The position numbers were made by a program, and so were the translations under genes. The notes beneath the pieces are model-generated. The model searched no databases. It saw nothing but the letters and a program-made list of their open reading frames with translations, and had not been told where the DNA came from. A stretch of 64,000 nucleotides of DNA from contig DBDK01000008.1 of assembly GCA_002293535.1 (NCBI GenBank), positions 311,654 to 375,653 on the forward strand, written 5' to 3'. The DNA comes from Alistipes sp. UBA934 (GTDB lineage Bacteria > Bacteroidota > Bacteroidia > Bacteroidales > Rikenellaceae). Below are positions 38,408 through 47,525 of the stretch, in pieces (positions within the stretch are counted from its first letter, which is position 1; every line of letters begins with the position of its first letter).

Positions 38408-40236
38408 AGCGATACCTATATATACTGTTGTTTGCGACCCTCGCGGCTTGTGCGGGCGACGATATGTATGACAATTCGCCGGACGGGCCGCTCGAACTTT
38501 CCCAAGACCACATTACCGTAGGTAAGAGTGCCACCACCGTGAATCTCGGCGTCACTGCCCGCGAGGCGACCTGGACACTCTCAGGTGTTGAAGATTGGTT
38601 TAGCATCAATCCCTCAAGCGGCCCTCAGGGTATCACCACGATCGTGATCACCTTTACCGAAAATGCCGACCCGAATCCGGAGCCCGATCCCGATGATCCG
38701 CCAGACCCAGACCCTGACGATCCGGAGCCGGAGCCAGATCCCGATACTGATACTGATACTGAGCCGCAAACCCGCGCCACAGAAACTCGCACAGCAACTC
38801 TGACTTTCTCATCGGGCGGTGTCACCAAGACCGTTACCATCGAGCAACTCCCGACCGATGTCACGCCTCCCGTCCAGAGCCCCGAATACGATGTTAATAA
38901 ACAGATTCACGAGGACCTTCTCAACGTTTGGTATTATAACGGTGAGACCCGCAACGCCAAGGCCGACTATAACCAGAGCTACAAAAATTTCTACGAAAGC
39001 TATCTCAAGACGCTCACTCGCAACACGTTGGAAGGCAACACCTGGTCTCAGAACAACGATCGTTATCTATACTCCTATATCGAGCGCGACCCATCGGGCC
39101 TGAATTACGGTATGGAGTTCGATCTGGGTAATTACGACGGCAAGCTGGTCGGACGCATCCTCTATGTCGAACCCGAAGGCCCTGCCGCCCAAGCCGGACT
39201 CAAGCGCGGCGACTGGTTCTGGAAGGTGAACGACCAACAGATGTTTAACCAGATTAACACCGCGGGACGACTGCAGTATAACGACCGAATCGACACACTG
39301 GTGAACCCCATTGCAGACTTCTCGCCCAAGCTCGGTATGCTCACTTTCCGACCATTTGCCGCTCAGCTGCTGGACGAGGGCCGCACCGTTACTCTCACAC
39401 CCACGCAGTTCAAGGGTAATCCCATTCTCGGCAGCCAACTTATAAGGCAGAACAATCTCGCAGGCGAGCCTACTCTCACCGGTTACCTTATGCTCAACAG
39501 CTTCGAGCCGGGCTATGAGACCGAGATCACCAGCATTTTTGCGGGCTTCAAAGAGGGCGCCGTGACCTCTATGATTCTCGACCTTCGCTATAACAAGACG
39601 GGTACCGCGGCAACCGCCGAACTCGTAGGTAATCTGATCGTTCCCGCTGAAGCGGCTGAGATGACCTTTGCGCGTTATGAGTTTGCCGACGGCGAAGCTG
39701 CGGACAGCAACCATATTTCCAAGTTCGAACCACACGAGAGCAGTATAGGTGTTCCGCTCGTTTTTGTTCTCACTTCGAGCCACACCTCCGGTGCTGCCGA
39801 GCTGCTGATCAACGCATTGAGGGGACTCGAACCCGTTGTTAAGGTCGTCGTCGTTGGCGATGTCACCGAAGGGATGAATGTCGGGATGGTGCACAAGCGT
39901 ATAACCGCTACAGAGACCGGACACCAGTACGATGTTTGGATGGCAGCCTGGCGCACATACAACGCCAATGGCGATGGTAATTACGGTTATGGCCTCACTC
40001 CCAACGGTGGCACATTGAACGAATGGCAGGGCGACAATGTACTCTGGAGCGATACCTGGGAGTGGAAAGGTTGGGAGGGCGCCACGGAAGACCCGCTATT
40101 GGAGCGTGCAATGGAGTTCGTGAGGGGCATCTCGCCGTTACCCACCAGCCGCGTGCTCGACAACCCTTCGCGCAAACGTTCGGGCTTCCCAAGACAATTT
40201 TCTGTTAAAGCTAATATGTTGTTAGACAATGAATAA
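38404..40236 (+). CDS. Lipoprotein: BACON-like N-terminal domain, acidic P/D/E/T linker, PDZ and S41-peptidase-like domain (predicted catalytically inactive)
   Basis: A GTG start (GTGA overlap with nth) gives (M)KRYLYILLFATLAAC, a lipobox. The BACON-like stretch is TWTLSGVEDWFSINPSSGPQGITTIVITF. The PDZ stretch is EPEGPAAQAGLKRGDWF. The S41 motif positions read TSGAAE and TEGMNVG. Confidence 0.8.
   Translation: MKRYLYILLFATLAACAGDDMYDNSPDGPLELSQDHITVGKSATTVNLGVTAREATWTLSGVEDWFSINPSSGPQGITTIVITFTENADPNPEPDPDDPPDPDPDDPEPEPDPDTDTDTEPQTRATETRTATLTFSSGGVTKTVTIEQLPTDVTPPVQSPEYDVNKQIHEDLLNVWYYNGETRNAKADYNQSYKNFYESYLKTLTRNTLEGNTWSQNNDRYLYSYIERDPSGLNYGMEFDLGNYDGKLVGRILYVEPEGPAAQAGLKRGDWFWKVNDQQMFNQINTAGRLQYNDRIDTLVNPIADFSPKLGMLTFRPFAAQLLDEGRTVTLTPTQFKGNPILGSQLIRQNNLAGEPTLTGYLMLNSFEPGYETEITSIFAGFKEGAVTSMILDLRYNKTGTAATAELVGNLIVPAEAAEMTFARYEFADGEAADSNHISKFEPHESSIGVPLVFVLTSSHTSGAAELLINALRGLEPVVKVVVVGDVTEGMNVGMVHKRITATETGHQYDVWMAAWRTYNANGDGNYGYGLTPNGGTLNEWQGDNVLWSDTWEWKGWEGATEDPLLERAMEFVRGISPLPTSRVLDNPSRKRSGFPRQFSVKANMLLDNE
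38666..38766. repeat. Low-complexity P/D/E/T-coding tract including (gatact)x3 at 38743-38760
   Basis: It encodes ADPNPEPDPDDPPDPDPDDPEPEPDPDTDTDTEP. Confidence 0.85.
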
Positions 40237-41704
40237 GACAGTTTTCCTCATAACATTCGCGGCGGTATTTCTTTTCGTCTCCTGCGGCAATGACCCTGTT
40301 ATCACACCGCCACCCCCTCCTCCCACGAACACCCTTTCCGGAGTTAATAAGTGGATCGACGAGGAATTGAAAGACTGGTACTATTGGAACAACGCTGTCA
40401 AAAGTGCCACTCCGCCAAGTAATTCGCTGGCCTACGACGAGTTCCTGGACAAACTGCTTCTCAGTCTCAAGGGCGCACAAGACAACACCGAGTCGCCTCC
40501 CACAATCGACGGAGGGTACAATTCCGATGGGTCGCGTTTTTTATATTCATACATCGAGCGCACCTCCGCCACTACGCGTGCCTCTCAAAATGAGGCTCTC
40601 ACTTTCGGGTTCGATATCGAGGCGTTCCGCATCGAGCAGAACAGCACCGGTGACCACATCAACTTTTTGGTCTCGTGGGTTCAGCCTGACTCTCCCGCCG
40701 ACGAGGAGGGGTTCAAACGCGGAATGTGGATCACCCAATATCAGGGCGAAGAGATCTATATGCCTCAGTATGAGAAATTCTGGAATCAACTACACTTCTT
40801 CCAGGGTGGTAACACAATGACTCTCAAGGATAGCAGCGGCACCTCATACACCCTCACTGCTGCGACTGCCAGTGCCTCGCCGATCATCTTTCACGACATC
40901 GTCGAAACCGGCAGTGGCAAAAAGGTGGCATATTTGGTTTACAACGAGTTCAAACAGGGAGACAAGGGTACGTTCGATGCCGAGTTGCGTGAGATTTTTG
41001 CTCAGTTCAAGGCCGACGGCGCCCAGGAGCTTGTGCTCGACCTGAGGTTCAATCCCGGTGGGGCTGTCTCTTCGTGCCAACTACTCACCAGCCTCGCGGC
41101 CAATGTCGGTCCATCGAAAATTTTCTGCAAACTGCTTTACAACAAAGATATACCCGTCAAAGAGCACTTTGCCAATCCCTCCGTGGCCAGCTTCTTTGAC
41201 GAACAGGACGGCCTAAAGCTAAATAAGATCTATGTTTTGGCTACCGACGACACGGCTTCGGCCTCGGAGATGTTCATCAACTCCCTTCGCGGCGTAGATA
41301 TCGACATTGTTCACATCGGCACCACCACTGAGGGTAAGAACGTTGGTATGAATCTGTTGGAACACAGTGCAGGTGGTTACAGCTACGAGATGTGGCCCAT
41401 CACGTTCAAGATTCTCAACGCCAAAGATTTCTGCGACTATGCTGGCGGCCTCGAACCCGATTACAGCAAAAACCAGTATTGGGACATTCAATATGTCAGC
41501 CGCAACAGCCCCGTTTACGAGCTCGGCGACCCGCGCGAAAGGCTTCTGGAAGCTGCTCTGACGCTTATCGACGGCGGCACGGTAACAGATGACGTAGTCC
41601 CGGCCCGTACCCGCACTGCCACCGCTCCCTTAACCAAAAAAATGCACGACCCGCGCCTTGGCGGCGCAAGAGTTTATGAACGTCCTGGTTCTGTCTCATT
41701 ATAA
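40229..41704 (+). CDS. S41-family peptidase lipoprotein (catalytic motifs intact)
   Basis: It has the lipobox FLFVSC. The S41 motifs TASASEMF and GTTTEGKNVG are present. The gene overlaps the upstream paralogue by 8 nt. Confidence 0.85.
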   Translation: MNKTVFLITFAAVFLFVSCGNDPVITPPPPPPTNTLSGVNKWIDEELKDWYYWNNAVKSATPPSNSLAYDEFLDKLLLSLKGAQDNTESPPTIDGGYNSDGSRFLYSYIERTSATTRASQNEALTFGFDIEAFRIEQNSTGDHINFLVSWVQPDSPADEEGFKRGMWITQYQGEEIYMPQYEKFWNQLHFFQGGNTMTLKDSSGTSYTLTAATASASPIIFHDIVETGSGKKVAYLVYNEFKQGDKGTFDAELREIFAQFKADGAQELVLDLRFNPGGAVSSCQLLTSLAANVGPSKIFCKLLYNKDIPVKEHFANPSVASFFDEQDGLKLNKIYVLATDDTASASEMFINSLRGVDIDIVHIGTTTEGKNVGMNLLEHSAGGYSYEMWPITFKILNAKDFCDYAGGLEPDYSKNQYWDIQYVSRNSPVYELGDPRERLLEAALTLIDGGTVTDDVVPARTRTATAPLTKKMHDPRLGGARVYERPGSVSL

Positions 41705-42635
41705 CCCCGACGGCGACGCGCTGGGGGCTTCCATCGCTTGGGCAAGGGTGCTCGAAGGGATGGGTCATAGTGTTATGTGCGTGGTTCCCAACAAGTTTCC
41801 GTATTTTCTGGATTGGATGCCAGGCATAGAACGCATCAGAATTTTCACCGAACACGGCGACGAGATCCGCGCCGCCGCTGCTGAAGCCGACCTGGTTTGC
41901 TGCCTGGATTTCAACAATATTTCACGCCTTGAGGGTCTATCGGAAGCTATCGAGGCCAATACCAAAGCACAAAAGCTACTCATAGATCACCACTTAGACC
42001 CTCCTGAAGGTTATTTCGACCTTGTGTTCTCTTATCCTCACGCCTCTTCGACCTCTTATATCGTCTTTAAGCTCATCGTCGAACTCGTTGGCGTAGAGGC
42101 CATCGACCGCGATATGGCTACTGACCTTTACGTTGGTATGATGACCGATACAGGTAATTTCTCCTATTCCTACCTTACTCCCGATTTGTTCCGCGTCGTT
42201 GCAACTCTTGTCGAGCGGGGTATCGACATTCCGGACATCAACCGGCGCGTCTATAACTCCTACTCCGAGGGTCGCGTCCGGCTTTTGAGCTATGCCCTGG
42301 GGCCCAAGATGGAGGTTTTGGCTAAAGGTCAGGCTGCGCTCATTTCACTTAAAGAGAGCGAGTTGCGCAGGTTCAAGTTTCGTCAGGGCGATAGCGAGGG
42401 TTTCGTCAATTATCCTCTTTCGATCGAGGGGGTTAAGATGTCTGCTCTGTTCCTCCAGAACCATCGTTTCATTCGGGTTTCGCTTCGTTCTCGCGGCGAT
42501 GTCGATGTTAATGATTTCGCCCGCAGGTATTTCGATGGAGGAGGTCACCGCAATGCCGCCGGTGGCAAATCGACCGACACTATGGAGATCACCATCGAAC
42601 GTTTCCGCGCTGCCGTTAAGGAGTACTTTCAATAG
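41676..42635 (+). CDS. nrnA: DHH-family phosphoesterase (NrnA-like oligoribonuclease/pAp phosphatase)
   Basis: The ATG at 41676 gives MNVLVLSHYNPDGDALGAS. It has the DHH motif LIDHHL and the DHHA1 motif GGGHRNAAGG. An alternative TTG start lies at 41658. Confidence 0.85.
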   Translation: MNVLVLSHYNPDGDALGASIAWARVLEGMGHSVMCVVPNKFPYFLDWMPGIERIRIFTEHGDEIRAAAAEADLVCCLDFNNISRLEGLSEAIEANTKAQKLLIDHHLDPPEGYFDLVFSYPHASSTSYIVFKLIVELVGVEAIDRDMATDLYVGMMTDTGNFSYSYLTPDLFRVVATLVERGIDIPDINRRVYNSYSEGRVRLLSYALGPKMEVLAKGQAALISLKESELRRFKFRQGDSEGFVNYPLSIEGVKMSALFLQNHRFIRVSLRSRGDVDVNDFARRYFDGGGHRNAAGGKSTDTMEITIERFRAAVKEYFQ

Positions 42636-42645
42636 ATTACCAAAA

Positions 42646-42673
42646 AGCGACACCCCCTTCGAGAGATGTCGCT
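42646..42673. terminator. Hairpin between convergent nrnA and rplS
   Basis: agcgaca (42646-42652) pairs with tgtcgct (42667-42673) across a 14-nt loop. There is no strong U-tract. Confidence 0.35.
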
Positions 42674-42700
42674 CTGTTGCCTTGCATAGCGCTTATAGAT

Positions 42701-43081
42701 CTATGCTTCTTCTTTTTTCGCACCGCCGAAACGTTTCTCCTTGATGCGGGCTTTTTTGCCGGTAAGTTTGCGCAGGTAGAAGATTCTCGCGCGACGAACC
42801 ACCCCGCGCTTGTTCACTTCGATGCTGTCGATATGGGGCGAGTAGAGCGGGAAGATGCGTTCCACACCCACTCCGTTGGAGACTTTGCGAATGGTGAACA
42901 TCTTGGTTTTGCCAGTTCCTTTGATTTGGATCACCACGCCGCGGAAACTTTGCAGACGCTCTTTATTACCCTCGATGATCTTGTAGGTCACGGTAATAGT
43001 GTCCCCACTATTGAAAGCAGGTACCTCTTTTTCGGGCCACATAGCCTCTTGGGCCACTTTGATGAGTTGTTCTTTGTTCAT
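42701..43081 (-). CDS. rplS: 50S ribosomal protein L19
   Basis: 126 aa with the motifs [29 protein letters not shown] and RRARIFYLR. Confidence 0.97.
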   Translation of the reverse strand: MNKEQLIKVAQEAMWPEKEVPAFNSGDTITVTYKIIEGNKERLQSFRGVVIQIKGTGKTKMFTIRKVSNGVGVERIFPLYSPHIDSIEVNKRGVVRRARIFYLRKLTGKKARIKEKRFGGAKKEEA

Positions 43082-43153
43082 AGCTGTTTCTTTTTAGTCC
43101 AACGTCACCGCGTTTCGTGAGAGGTTGGGGGTGCAAAGGTAAACAAATTTTTC

Positions 43154-43161
43154 TATCTTTG
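43154..43161 (+). promoter_or_regulatory. -7 box TATCTTTG upstream of surE
   Basis: Matches TAnnTTTG and lies 20 nt upstream of the ATG at 43181. Confidence 0.45.
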
Positions 43162-43180
43162 TGACTTGAACTGCAAAATT

Positions 43181-43972
43181 ATGAGTGAAAGATTGATTTT
43201 TTTGACTAACGACGATGGTTTCGGTGCTCGCGGCCTAGAGCGTATGATCGAGGTGATGCGCCCGTTCGGACATATCGTCGTAGTTGCTCCGGAAACGACC
43301 CAGAGCGGTATGGCTCACGCGATAACTATGTCCAACCCACTGTTTCTCAGAGAGGTGCGCAACGAACCCGGTCTCGAAGTTTACGCCTGCTCCGGCACTC
43401 CGGTCGATTGCGTGAAGATGGCTCTCGACCACCTGCTGCCCGACCGTAAGTTGGATTTGATCTGTTCGGGTATCAACCACGGCTCCAACGCTGCGATCAA
43501 CGTTCTCTATTCTGGCACTATGGGCGCTGCGATCGAGGGTAGCTTTTACGACGTGCCATCGATCGGGTTTTCCCTTTCCGACCATTCGTTGGATGCCGAT
43601 TTCGAGGCTGCCGGCGAGGTTGTGTATCAGATCGTCAATGGGATACTGGAAGCGAAGACAAATTTTCCGGAAGTGCAACTTGCACCTTTGTGTCTCAATG
43701 TGAATATTCCCATCGGTCGTCCCGAAGACCTCAAGGGCATTAGGGTTTGCCGTCAGTGCCGGGGTTATTGGCGTGAGGAGTTTTTCATTCGTAAGAATCC
43801 GGCCGGCCGCGACTATTATTGGCTCACTGGCGAATTCCAGAACCACGAACCCGACGCTACCGACACCGACGAGTGGGCCCTTGCTCACAACTATGTTTCG
43901 GTAGTGCCTATTCAGGTCGATCTCACTAATCACACACAGGTAACTTCACTTGGCAAGATTCTTGATAAATAA
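43181..43972 (+). CDS. surE: 5'/3'-nucleotidase SurE
   Basis: The start is at MSERLIFLTNDDGF, and GINHGSN is also present. Confidence 0.94.
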   Translation: MSERLIFLTNDDGFGARGLERMIEVMRPFGHIVVVAPETTQSGMAHAITMSNPLFLREVRNEPGLEVYACSGTPVDCVKMALDHLLPDRKLDLICSGINHGSNAAINVLYSGTMGAAIEGSFYDVPSIGFSLSDHSLDADFEAAGEVVYQIVNGILEAKTNFPEVQLAPLCLNVNIPIGRPEDLKGIRVCRQCRGYWREEFFIRKNPAGRDYYWLTGEFQNHEPDATDTDEWALAHNYVSVVPIQVDLTNHTQVTSLGKILDK

Positions 43973-43978
43973 CAAGTT

Positions 43979-44926
43979 ATGACTCTAAAGATCCTTCTTA
44001 TCGTCTCGATCCTGTTTCAGTTGGCGGCGACGGGCCTTGCCATCGGGCTTGTGAGAAAGACCAAGTTCAACTCCGTTTGGATTCTTTTCATCGTCGCATT
44101 GCTGTTGATGACCGCCTCTCGCGTGCTGCAGTTCATCCACTTCATTCCGCGAGGCGAGTCCTCGCCGTGGTTCGTTGCGCTCATTTGGATCGACATCGCC
44201 ACCTCGCTTTGTATCACCGTTCTGTTATTCAACGCACGACGGCTTGTGGAGTACATCGACCGACTGATTTTCCAGACCGGCCTCACTTCCAAACGCATAC
44301 TTTCGGCTACTCTTCGCGCCGAGGAACGGGAGCGCATCCGCTTTTCCAAAGAGCTTCACGACGGCTTGGGCCCGCTGCTTTCGTCTGCCAAGATGTCGCT
44401 TTCGGCACTTTCCCGTGAGGGTCAATCGGCCGAAAATGTAGAGATTATCGACTCGGCCGGTTACGTCATTGACGAGGCCATCCGCTCTCTTCGCGAGATC
44501 TCCAACAACCTCAGCCCCCACGTTCTGGGTGAGTTCGGACTGGGCCGAGGCGTAGGTAATTTCATCAACCGCCTCTCCGGTATCCACGATATGCAGATCG
44601 ACTATCGCACCAATCTTCGCGACGAGCGCTTCGATACCGACGTCGAAGTTGTCCTCTATCGGGTTATCTGCGAGTTGATTAACAACTCCCTCAAGCATTC
44701 CGGCGCCACCTCTGCCACGCTCGAACTCACTTATGAGGACGGTACGGCCATCTCTTTGGATTACAGCGACAACGGTCGCGGATTCACCCCCTCGTCCGAC
44801 GAGAGTTCGGGTATGGGCCTCGGTAATATCGCCTCTCGTATCAATACTCTCAACGGTCACCTCGATATCGATAGCGCTCGCGGCAGCGGTATGCGCGCTC
44901 GCGCCCGCATCCAGCTTCGCCGATGA
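43979..44926 (+). CDS. Sensor histidine kinase (HisKA_3/NarL-partner type)
   Basis: It has three or four N-terminal TM helices, the H-box SKELHDGLGP and a C-terminal HATPase domain (DNGRGF ... GMGLGNI). Confidence 0.9.
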   Translation: MTLKILLIVSILFQLAATGLAIGLVRKTKFNSVWILFIVALLLMTASRVLQFIHFIPRGESSPWFVALIWIDIATSLCITVLLFNARRLVEYIDRLIFQTGLTSKRILSATLRAEERERIRFSKELHDGLGPLLSSAKMSLSALSREGQSAENVEIIDSAGYVIDEAIRSLREISNNLSPHVLGEFGLGRGVGNFINRLSGIHDMQIDYRTNLRDERFDTDVEVVLYRVICELINNSLKHSGATSATLELTYEDGTAISLDYSDNGRGFTPSSDESSGMGLGNIASRINTLNGHLDIDSARGSGMRARARIQLRR

Positions 44927-45537
44927 GCTCGCCCATCAGCATAATCCTTGTCGATGACCACCGGTTGTTCCGCGACGGCCTCAGGCGGCTTTTAGCATCC
45001 GATACCCGCTTCGAGGTTGTGGGCGAGGCTTCCAGCGGCGAAGAATTTCTCGAACTTGCAGAAGAGCTGTTTTCCCATAGCACGCAGCAGCCGGCGTTCC
45101 GGCTTGTTTTTATGGATATAGATATGCCCGGCATCGGCGGCATCGAGACCACCCGACGCGCACTGGAGCGTTGGCCCGACCTTCGCATCATCGCTCTCTC
45201 GATGCACGCCCAGCAGGAGTTCCAGGCCCCTATGATGGAAGCTGGCGCGGCAGGGTTTTTGCTCAAGGACTCTGATTTCGCACAGGTCACAGCGGCAGCA
45301 CTCAGGGCCGTGGGCGAAAACACGCAACACGATAATACAGAATCACTTAGCGAGCGCGAGATGGAGGTTCTCCCGTTGATCTGCCAGGGCCTTTCCACTC
45401 AACAGATCGCCGAGCGGCTCTTCATTTCCCGGCGCACCGTCGATAAGCACCGCGCTAATATCCTCGCCAAGACACTCTGTAACAACACTGCCAGCCTTGT
45501 GGTCTATGCAGTTAAAAATCAATTAATTAAACTATAG
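44923..45537 (+). CDS. LuxR/NarL-family response regulator
   Basis: The receiver domain has ILVDDH and FMDIDMPG. The C-terminal LuxR HTH is SEREMEVLPLICQGLSTQQIAERLFISRRTVDKH. The gene shares an ATGA overlap with the kinase. Confidence 0.92.
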   Translation: MSSPISIILVDDHRLFRDGLRRLLASDTRFEVVGEASSGEEFLELAEELFSHSTQQPAFRLVFMDIDMPGIGGIETTRRALERWPDLRIIALSMHAQQEFQAPMMEAGAAGFLLKDSDFAQVTAAALRAVGENTQHDNTESLSEREMEVLPLICQGLSTQQIAERLFISRRTVDKHRANILAKTLCNNTASLVVYAVKNQLIKL

Positions 45538-45539
45538 CA

Positions 45540-46358
45540 ATGGAGACAACGATCAAATCTTTCCCCCGCCAGCTCGAAACCCTTCACGAGAGGTGTTACC
45601 GCGAGGTACCGTCCAAGACGGGCGCTGTGGAGTTCCTCGGCGGCCTCGTTGCGCTGCTTTTTCCGGTCACCCACGGCCAGCTCCTCACGCTCGACGAGAT
45701 CGAATACCGCTGGGCCGACCTTCAGTTGCACTTCAGTCGTCTCATCCATCCCGTTATTCCCGCCCACCAGAGCCGTTCCGAGACGACCAAACGTTTTTTC
45801 GCCTGCATTCCGGAACTATATCTCGACCTTATAGAGGATGCGGAGATGTTCAACGAAAGCGACCCCGCGGCCCATTCGATGGAGGAGATAGTGCTCTCCT
45901 ATCCGGGGTTCTATGCCATTATGGTTCACCGCTTTGCGCACGCCATTCACAACCTCGGCATTCCCATCCTTCCGCGCATCCTTTCCGAGCACGCCCACTC
46001 TCGCACCGGCATCGACATCCATCCCGGAGCCACCGTGGGGCGCCACTTTTACATCGACCACGGTACCGGCATCGTCATTGGGGAGACCTGCGTTATCGGC
46101 CAAAATGTTAAAATGTATCAGGGAGTTACACTCGGAGCCACGTTCGTCAAAAAGGAGCTCGAAGGTAAAAAGCGCCACCCCACGATCGAGGATAACGTCA
46201 TTCTTTATGCCGGCTGCACGATCCTCGGCGGCGACACCGTCGTTGGCGCCGGCTCGATTATCGGCGGTAGCGTTTGGCTCACCGAAAGCGTCCCTGCCGG
46301 CACAAAAGTTTTTCATAAAGCCGACATAATTACTACCTTTGCATCTGAACGCCTATAG
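45540..46358 (+). CDS. cysE: Serine O-acetyltransferase
   Basis: 272 aa with the hexapeptide repeats IDHGTGIVIGETCVIGQNVKMYQGVTLG. Confidence 0.88.
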   Translation: METTIKSFPRQLETLHERCYREVPSKTGAVEFLGGLVALLFPVTHGQLLTLDEIEYRWADLQLHFSRLIHPVIPAHQSRSETTKRFFACIPELYLDLIEDAEMFNESDPAAHSMEEIVLSYPGFYAIMVHRFAHAIHNLGIPILPRILSEHAHSRTGIDIHPGATVGRHFYIDHGTGIVIGETCVIGQNVKMYQGVTLGATFVKKELEGKKRHPTIEDNVILYAGCTILGGDTVVGAGSIIGGSVWLTESVPAGTKVFHKADIITTFASERL

Positions 46359-46386
46359 CAACAGCAACTGACTCATCCATAAATCT

Positions 46387-47490
46387 ATGATCATCAAGAA
46401 ATCCCCACGTTGGGCGCTCGTTGTGCCGACCAGTATGGGCATTCGACTCACGGCAGCGCAGGCGGGCCAACCGGTTCAGTCGGGCACGGGCCTTGTTATG
46501 CAGGCAACCAGCGCTGAGAGCAACGTAGCCAGCATTTCGTCCTATTTGGGACTGCCTGTCAAGGCTTTAACTGCGTTTGTCAAAGGTAGCCCGATCGCCG
46601 CTTTCATCAAGGCGGAGCTTCGCGCTCGCGGCATCGAAGCCGAGGGGCCGGAAGTCGAACAAGGAGGGCCGTGGGGTTATCGTCATCAGATAAACATTGC
46701 CGATAGCGGCTTCGGCGCTCGCGGCCCTCGCGTTTGGAACGATCGCGCCGGCGAGGTGGGCAGAACGCTAAATATCAAGGACTTCGATCTCGATCGCCTG
46801 TTCGCTTCCGAGGGCGTCGGTATCCTTCATTTGTCGGGACTTATAGCCGCTCTTTCGCCCGAAACGGGACAATTCTGCCTCGAACTCGCCCACGCCGCAC
46901 ACAAAAACGGCACGTTGGTTTCGTTCGATCTGAACCACCGCGCAACTTTTTGGGAGGGGCGCGAAAAGGAGTTGGCGCAAATTTTCCACGAGATCGCTTC
47001 CCAGACCGATATATTAATAGGTAACGAAGAAGATTTCCAACTTGCTTTGGGCCTTGCCGGGCCTCCTGCGGGCGGCGAAGGACTTGGCGCCAAGATGGAT
47101 GGCTTCAAGGCTATGATCGAAACTGCTCGCGCTAAATATCCTCAGACTCAAGTTTTTTCCACCACTCTTCGTGAAGTCTTGAGCGCCGGACGTCATCTTT
47201 GGGGTGCCGTGCTTTGGGCCGGCGACGGGAACTCCGATACGGCCTCCTCCGGTCAGTGGTATCAGGTCGAACCACGCGAGATCACGGTACTCGATCGCAT
47301 CGGCGGCGGAGATGGATTCGTAGGCGGAATGTTGTATGCCATATTGCGCGGTTGGGAACCCGAAAAGTGGATCCAGTTCGGTTGGGCAAGTGGAGCATTG
47401 GCCACAACTTTTCTCACTGACTACGCCCAACCTGCTGACGAACAGCAGATTTGGAGCGTCTGGAAAGGTAACGCAAGAGTTCTCCGCTAA
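46387..47490 (+). CDS. PfkB-family sugar kinase (2-dehydro-3-deoxygluconokinase-like)
   Basis: 367 aa with the C-terminal motif DRIGGGDGFVGGMLYA. Confidence 0.8.
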   Translation: MIIKKSPRWALVVPTSMGIRLTAAQAGQPVQSGTGLVMQATSAESNVASISSYLGLPVKALTAFVKGSPIAAFIKAELRARGIEAEGPEVEQGGPWGYRHQINIADSGFGARGPRVWNDRAGEVGRTLNIKDFDLDRLFASEGVGILHLSGLIAALSPETGQFCLELAHAAHKNGTLVSFDLNHRATFWEGREKELAQIFHEIASQTDILIGNEEDFQLALGLAGPPAGGEGLGAKMDGFKAMIETARAKYPQTQVFSTTLREVLSAGRHLWGAVLWAGDGNSDTASSGQWYQVEPREITVLDRIGGGDGFVGGMLYAILRGWEPEKWIQFGWASGALATTFLTDYAQPADEQQIWSVWKGNARVLR

Positions 47491-47525
47491 GCCGGAACGC
47501 CGGTAGCGATTTTTGGTTTGACAGT

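Noticed and set aside
39067-39924. 285-aa minus-strand ORF. The same reasoning applies to 37382..38224, 43235..43933, 44225..44860 and 16364..17125.
   Set aside because: All of these are antisense shadows of strongly supported genes: S41-like, nth/helicase, surE, histidine kinase and nadB.
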